A stretch of DNA of 64,000 bases from Tubulanus polymorphus. Taxonomy: Eukaryota > Animalia > Nemertea. Under the pieces are notes generated by a model that worked only from the letters and a program-made list of their open reading frames with translations, did not search any database and was not told the origin of the DNA. Location: the NCBI RefSeq assembly GCF_964204645.1, contig NC_134026.1, positions 2,503,950 through 2,567,949 on the forward strand, in the 5' to 3' direction. The translations under genes were made by a program, and so were the position numbers. Numbering within the stretch: position 1 is the first letter of the stretch; every line of letters begins with the position of its first letter. This document shows positions 56,249 to 64,000 of the stretch, piece after piece.

Positions 56249-57029
56249 TGTTCAACACACCTAAAAAGGGCATTGATAAACATCTTGATTATGCGTAGAG
56301 AAAGTTGTGCAAATTACGCACGTAATTTTGTGAGAAGTATAAAGGATTGAATTGATGTTATCAAAGCCGACATTCTGCAAACGAATAATCAAGGGGCCTT
56401 TAGATATATTTCGCATATTTCTACTCAATTATTCAAGACGCGTTCCTCTAATTCTTATGCATTTAGAAATGAATATCTACCTTCTTTAATAATCATTTTT
56501 GCACTTACTTCATTGTTTTTTTCTTGTGGATTTGTCGTTTCAGAACCATACGAGTTATACATACACTACTCCTGTGTCAGTGCGAGGCCCACTTTCTTCG
56601 AGCTTTTTTTTTTGAAATACCAAAACATTCGAAACTCTATTGAAATCATTGATATTAAGCTTATAAATCCTACCTACAAAGTTATTCTATATAGAATAAA
56701 TGCACAATGGATGAAAGAACACATATTTTTGCCACCGTTGTAATCGTGCAACGCTTGACTGTAAGTGGGTTTATTGCAAGGTGGCCTTTTCTTTCTAACT
56801 GTTACGAATCTAGTTTTCGATTTATTGAAAGGGAAATCATAAAAGAATTTCGACCCGTTAGATTTAATTAGAATTGCGATCTATTATTCTCGATGGTGAG
56901 CGAGTTATTTCAGAAGCGCCGTCTATCGTAACTGTACTTATTTCAATTTTCCATGCAGGTAAAATTGTATGTTATGGATCGATTGCCATTGGGATGATTT
57001 ATGATTCTGCAACTTGCAAAAGTGTACAT

Positions 57030-57230
57030 CCGCCCAAACGCGCCCTTCAGAAACTGGATCCATTATTTGGATTATAGCCGCCCGACCGGTTCACCTCCAG
57101 CGACTCGTTGCGATGCGATTGTCAACCCAATCGACATAACACAGCCATTTGCGACCAGTTGCAACGATCGCATCAAGTGGCAGCAAGTAGTAAGGCCGAC
57201 CAACGCCTGGCTTTAAGTCCAGTCGTCTCT
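57030..57230 (+). mobile_element. 3' end remnant of an RTE-type LINE
   Basis: Translation RPTGSPPATRCDAI...NDRIKWQQVV...* resembles the RTE C-terminal RPxGRP..W.D / DRxxWR motifs, followed by a short aagtc/cagtc/gtc tail. Confidence 0.55.
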
Positions 57231-57833
57231 TTATCTTAAAACTAAGATTTCAGATTCGCTATACCGCTAAGATGGTCTCTCTAAGCTGTAGCCCTAGTTT
57301 TAGCTATTAACAAAAAGTATTACTTTTCCGATGCCCTTATTTTGCTTATTCTGAAAGTCCTCCGTCACTGGCATACTCGAATCTACTGAATAAGCGAATG
57401 ATATTGTAATTATATGATACTTTTATTACTACATCTACGAACATTTTGTACAAAGTTATATCATTAATAACACAAATCTTATCAAAAGAATTTAAAATGG
57501 TTTCTTCACTTTACAACATTTTTTTCTGAGAACAATGATGATACCAATTGATCAAGTGATTTATCATCTATTTTCTAAACATACTGGTATCTAGACATTC
57601 TGTGATGATGACCCGTAGTTACTTTGACCATTCACAATATTTATACAACAAAGAACTCCAATCAAATGAAAGAAAGAATCATTATATTGCACAGTCGACC
57701 TGTAAACCAGATTCCCCCCACTTGTACTTTCATCTATATATATTTATCAATATAAAGATTTTCCATACTCTTAATGACGATCATTTCGCCGATAAATCGC
57801 CCAAAAAACGCATTCAATTAAGCAAATTGTTCA

Positions 57834-60800
57834 TCAGTTCTTCACACGATGTTTCCTATTTCGTTTTCTTTGACGTCGTTTCCGGCGTTTATTTGCGCGT
57901 TGTTGTTTTCTCTTTTTTCGTCTGCGATTGTGCCAGCTATTATCACGTGACCAGGATTTCTCCCCTTTTGAAGGTTCGTTGTTGCCGTACCTCGGTTCAG
58001 AATGGTTTGAGATCAGATCTGTTAAATAATAGATTAATGAAGCATTTTTTCGAATCTCGGTTACCCCGGCCCCGTGGTGATTTGGCCTATACTCATTCAA
58101 TTCTATTGGTATTGTATTACCTATCGTATGTAGATTTAAACTTTTGTTATATCTCTCGTACAGCAAATTTTCTCAATGTTCGTAGCGCCCAAAGCGAGTA
58201 AATGGTAACAGTATTTAATCTCTGAAGTCTTCCCATCCCATCCCACCAGTAACCATGGAGTCAGTATATCGTATATCAGACCCGTAAGAGCAAATGCGCG
58301 TATTTTTGGAAACGTGACAGGTATAATTTTCGCTCGTGGCGAAGATGTGCATTAAACTGCCATTCTTGACGAAATTATTTGTATAACGAGAAGACAAAAT
58401 TACAGAAAATTTGTGACTCATCCTCGCTTACATACCTACACACTTCCGCATAGTCATTTTACATCGTTTTCTGGCCAGTAGCGACGGGCAGCGTCTTACG
58501 TTTCCCAAAGGCTGTTGAAGAACAGCCCGGGTTCGAGTCTGTACACCGTGTTTGTAGCCACACGTCTCACCCTTTCTCAAACATGGTCCCCATTTACTCC
58601 ACCGAGTCACTTGACAATCGACTTCAAACATACAAATACAATCAATTAATACTTAGAAAAAAATACAGGAACCAGTTTCTGAATCTATCCTAGTTAAATA
58701 AAAGCCTGAACAGTGGAATTGGATGCACGGTGTTTTGCCGATAAGCTCGATCTATACGTAGGTCTAGATTTTGCAATCTGTATCTTACCATTACTGACGC
58801 AGTGAAGCATTTTATCGTTATTTTCAGTTATTTGGGATTTTTCGTCTTCGGAACAAATTTTGATGCAATGGCCTTTAATGGCAGCGTAGCCGGGCTCACA
58901 TCTGATGCAGTAATGTCTACTGTGGCATTGTTTACAGTTCGGTATGCGGCATTCTGAAATTATCAAAATCATCGTAATTAACGAGATACATCGCGACCGC
59001 GTGAGATACAGACAGGATGAACGCGTGTAGCTATCTGAGGAAAGTTATCGACATAAAAAACCCACACAATTCCTGTACGTATGCGACACAATCACCGTTA
59101 CAAAACCTTTCTATAGATAAGAATTGTGGATATCTAGATTGATTTTATGTTCATATATTGTGCCAGTAAATATGGCACATCGGGAGCAATTCACTAAGGG
59201 AGATTGTATTAATGCTGATTTATTTAATTTGCGGAACTATAATTTCTGGAATAAAGAATCTGATATCATCATCATTAAAACTCACTTGAACAATAACGAT
59301 ATCCTTTTTTCCTCGCGCCGAAGTACGGCATGGGACAGGTATGCATGCAGTAACCTTTTTGCGTCATCCCAGACCGATGTAAATACATAAATCTTCGAGC
59401 TTCACAAGTAACGCAACCATTAACCATTGAACAACTCGTACAACCAGGAGGACATATTGGATAATAACCAATAATAGCTGAAAATATGGCAAAAAATGAT
59501 AGCATCATGTAGATATGTGTATAACTGCGGTGTATTTGACTAGACGACATTTAGATATCAATATATCGTGTTTATATCGTCGTGCGAACCTTGATTAAAT
59601 TACAAAAATCTAAAATTAAATCAATGATTAGAACAGATATCTATAAAGCACTAAGCACGAAATCTGAATTATGCCATAAGAATAATAAATGTTTATATAA
59701 AAAACGTTTCGTACTCATAATATAAAGTCTGCAATGCACACGTGCAATTTTAGAATTTTCAATGAAACTTTCTGTAAAAAGGCAACGACAATTGACCGCA
59801 AAAATAGAACCGATTTTGTATGTTGAGTGAAATAGACCGCATTGTCGTTCGTTTTTGAGTGTGTGACTTGGTGAATGTGCCCCTCAGTGTGGTAACAACC
59901 TCCCTGTATGGTATCGAATTTATTCGCTTTTGTTCCGCCGACTCGACGAACCAAATGTAAAATGTATCGTTCATTTCACTCCCTTTCGACCGATATATTT
60001 AACCATGTTCAACGCGATCGTTCAACCACTTGAAAAATTTTAATTGACGCCATTTTCTAATTCCTGATTCGAAGGGAAATAATGAGACATGTGTTTAGAG
60101 TCTTTACTTTCATCAATGAAATGTCAAATTCTACTGTTTAAATCATCGTGAACTAAATGTCAAAATACTTCTAAGAACACTTGATTTAATTTTCTCTTTA
60201 AGGTGTCAATTGGTTATATGTTAAATATTCTCATTGGTCTCGAAATTGGACTTTTCATCAAACTTGATATGAAATAACGTATACAGTTTGTACGAAATCA
60301 CCAGGCTCATTACAGTTTTTGGTAGAATTGGACATTTTCGACTAATTGGCAAAATTCAAAACCATGGTTCAAACAACCGACTAAGAATTCATAGCAGTAT
60401 GAACTTGTACCGGTCTTATCAGAACAAAGATCAGGCAAATATGAATGTTGTATTATTCGGTTCTCTTCGAGAGAAAAGAATTTGTATATTGTCAGAGCTT
60501 TAGGCAATAGACGTCGTGTTACTGATTCTGTAAACCGTGAGAACATTAAAATGTCTGCTGTATATATGAAAATGAATTTTATATTTTTAACAAGGAACTA
60601 TATCAGTCAGTTCTTTACCTTAAGTCGAATTTCGAATTCGGACTACGCCACTGGTCAAAAGGAACCGGTCAGCCCTCTTTAGATTACAAAAGTTTGCATA
60701 CGATTTTTTATAGATCCCAACTTATGCTTCACACATTTTACCCGAAATTAATCATCTTAGGATTTTTACCAGACTTCTTTGTTGCCAATATCGTGATAAT

Positions 60801-61533
60801 GATATACCGTAAAAATGTGTTATTTTACACTTAAAATCTCGAGTTGTGACTTGATAGAAAAATTACATCGGGAGCCGCAGTCGGTATGAGAAATATGTCT
60901 AGAAACATGGTTGTTAATTACGGAACATTACCGGCGGGAATAAGGGAAAATTCCGTGACTTAAACAGAAACTTAACACCTTTCGTTGATCTAACGCTTTG
61001 ATAATCAATTAGATCAAAGAATTCTGCGTTTTTAACGGCATATTCTGTTTCATAACGCGCTATCTCTCGTCTAAAGTCGGTGCAATTAAAATCGTGCAAC
61101 ATCTCAGGCTACATCGGTCGCACCTTACCCTCCAGGTATTAAATATCGAATTTTACGCCAGGTTTATATCAATATAGATTGATAAGTATTTGCCCGATGT
61201 ATTTCTGATTGATTGAATTAAATCGTACTAAAACTGCAATGATTTCGGACGTCAACGTTAGAGATCTATCGGAAGAAATTTCGTCATTGATTCTTTGATA
61301 ATGTTTTCGTTATTCATAATCAACTATATAGCGACCAGATTTCATTAGATGAAGTTTTTGAAAATTCCTTTTTCGCAGCATCAAATAATTTGTGTGACAT
61401 TTTTGAAATCATTATGACGTATTTACGTTTACTTACTTCGTTTGGTTCTATTGTTTTGTTGTTTCTCTTCCTCCGCAAAGGTCAGCGAAACATTTAGTAA
61501 TAAACAAATCCAAATCCAGAATTCCCTCGTCAT
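57834..61533 (-). CDS. RSPO: R-spondin, 274 aa; exons 61533-61437, 59477-59286, 58953-58789, 58621-58436, 58018-57834
   Basis: Signal peptide MTREFWIWICLLLNVSLTFA plus RTKR furin site, two furin-like Cys-rich repeats, TSP1 domain (CQVTRWSKWGPC...TCGYKHG) and an Arg/Lys-rich tail. All four introns are phase 1, one domain per exon; total 825 nt in frame. Confidence 0.94.
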
Positions 61534-64000
61534 ATTTATTTTCAATATTCTTCTTTACGATATCCGTCACGTTTCACCCATTTAGAGAAAAAATGATCAA
61601 TTCAGCTAAAGTATCTGAACAATTTGAAATTCACTGCCGAAAGTTACAAATCGTTGAAGTATGCATTTTCCATAACCGATAGACGGGCTGCGTGTAGCGG
61701 TCAATCTGTCCGCTTTGTAGACCAAAACAACGTGTGAAATTGACGCATTGGAGAGGAGGACATTGTAACCAGTGGAATTTATGGCAGACGCTCGTTAAAC
61801 CTTTTCTTCCGTATCGATAAATATACGCGCGGTTGACATAAACACCTAGGATCCAATCAGTTTTTACGGCGTAATAAACGCACGGTTTAATTAACGTTGA
61901 AAGCGCCCACTTTCACAATTATCCGTGAACTCGACCGGCGGCTCGTTCTCCTTTCTCTCTTGAACTATTTTCGATATATTTGAACAAACAAAAACGCAAC
62001 TAATTTGAAGGTAATATAATATGAATGAGTCGATGCGTGAGTATTCGATTGAATGCGCGATATTTACGAATCGATTTAGAATGAAGTGAAGGTCTAAAAA
62101 TCAAATTCTCACAAGAAACCAACAAAACCTGATCGTAAAATGCTTTGCTCGGATATTCCTTTCTCACATCTTGACGTTCAATCCTTGCGACCGCCTTTTA
62201 ACAGTTGCGAGGCTGTTTCAATGAGCGCGCGTTCTCTGTCACAGCCGACAATCGACGTATTAGTGAAGAGTGACGACAATTGAATAAGTATCCATTCAAC
62301 AAACCATCCATAAATTGCCTAAAAAACCTTTCTGATGTAAGTCGGTAATCCCTGCATGTACTCGGGTCACATAACGACGGCAGACTAGTAGTGCACGGGA
62401 TCTATGTCTCAATTGACGAGAAAATGGATAAATTTGACATGTTGAGTCGTGCCTGATTGCAATATTTACTACAGACACTGTTTCAAATGTGCAGATAATT
62501 CCTCTATTTAGAAACGAACACGTTTTTTAGCTCGACGCCATCCTTCTATTCCATAGGCTGGTGTTACTGCGCATGCACGAGAGGTATCTACACGGCTTGG
62601 CGGGTATCTGTTCTCGCACTGAACTAACTGGAATCTCGAAGTGACAGCAACAAATTCTGAAACTTGATGCAAGGACATAAATGTATCTGTTGAACGAATT
62701 CTGACAAGGATTACGAACATAAATCTTATTTATTTAGCCTCAGGACAACAATCGCGCTACGTTAACCCGACAGTTACAAATTAATTTCTTCTTCAAGTGT
62801 TTTCAATCTAACACGGGTAAATTCTATAAGATTCCTTCTCATCGGAAGGAACTCTAACTGTTCCTAATGTAGAGACACCCACAGTCTGGATGTTGTTGCT
62901 CCATATCAAAGTTGCGGTTATCTGAGGATTAACGGTGTAGTTCACATAGACCCCACGGCTACAATTAGGATACACAATATTACTGCGCACAAAAAATACC
63001 TTAATTCACATTCGTTTATAAAATCTGCGTGACATGGTGAATTAGTTCCCAATAACCTGTGAACCTGCTAGCCCTGTAGCTGTTTTGATTAAATTACCGA
63101 ATCATAAAAGATTTTCATTTTTGAGGTCATTCCTTACAGCTATTGCTTTCCTTTGAAATCTGAAGTTTTTTCATTGCCTGTATCCACGATATGGGAAATT
63201 CACAAGAAGTAGGCCCTCGAATTCGATAACGAATAAAAGTTAATTCTCGGGTCGGGCCGCCAGAAATGTTTCTTTATGGTTTTTTGAAAGGCTGCAGACT
63301 TTTGTCCAACGCGAGATGTAGTGCCGTTATGACGTCAGTATGATAAACTGTGTACGAAGGTTTCCGTTCAATAGAAATCATTCGGCAGATGATTCTTTGA
63401 ATTTTATCATTATTAAAGAGTCGGTAGATGTTATCGTCAACTCTTCAAAGTGAATAGCTCGCGTAGAGTGTTGTTTTATAATAATAAATACCCTATACTT
63501 TTGCCCGGCTATTTCTGCTTGCAAACGTTTGAAGATGCAACCATAACAACTCTCAGTTTTCACGTTCAAAAAGATCGAATTCACCGAAAACACGATCTGT
63601 GGCTGTTCTAGGGTATATGAAACATATGTATGATTAAACATTCAAGTTCCACAATATCTTAAAATTGATTTTATGCTGAAACAATAGGAAATGAACTATT
63701 GTGACTTCGGGGTCAACAGAATATCAGTCACAAAAGTGTAACAGGGGTCGGTGCATAAAGGTCAATGCAGCCACGTGTCCTTGTGATGACTCGGCTTGGT
63801 CAAACTGTGACCAAGGTTAAAACACACTTTTTCTGGAGGCGTGTGCGCATATATCCTTTATAGTATTCGATTACGTCCTAAAATGAATGGATATATATTT
63901 AGCGTACGTGTATAGTTTTTTTGACCAGCTGGGCTCAGCGTGTAGGAACACAAAGAAAAACAAACTGCGCACTAAACAAACGTTCAAATCTAACCACAAA

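Noticed and set aside
57602-58201. 199-aa + strand ORF
   Set aside because: Antisense to the RSPO basic-tail exon and its flanks; no motifs.
61600-64000. TCF/LEF-like CTTTG(A/T)(A/T) words upstream of RSPO as Wnt feedback sites
   Set aside because: Few, unclustered and expected by chance in AT-rich DNA.

Overview
Eukaryotic, AT-rich, gene-dense animal DNA with short introns. It is most consistent with a marine invertebrate, possibly a spiralian; the taxon is inferred, not proven. The first ~9 kb has no coding exon I can support. After that come four regucalcin/SMP-30 paralogues (two on -, two on +), HDAC1/2, an SH2B adaptor head-to-head with APPBP2, SRRD head-to-head with MMAB, a calmodulin-like gene, Wntless head-to-head with a SYCE2-like gene missed by the ORF track, two paralogous orphan single-pass membrane protein genes, and a complete 5-exon R-spondin. 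Most notable: (1) the R-spondin keeps the ZNRF3/RNF43-binding residues but has a substituted LGR-binding Phe clamp, and lies 8 kb from Wntless with an orphan TM-CxCxC gene pair between them; (2) a Penelope-type minimal hammerhead ribozyme motif inside a 63-bp inverted repeat in a calmodulin-like intron; (3) gene conversion and active-site divergence among the regucalcins; (4) two U12-type and two GC-AG introns; (5) the same 14-bp B-box-like word in two divergent promoters. All gene models were spliced by eye; no database searches were run.
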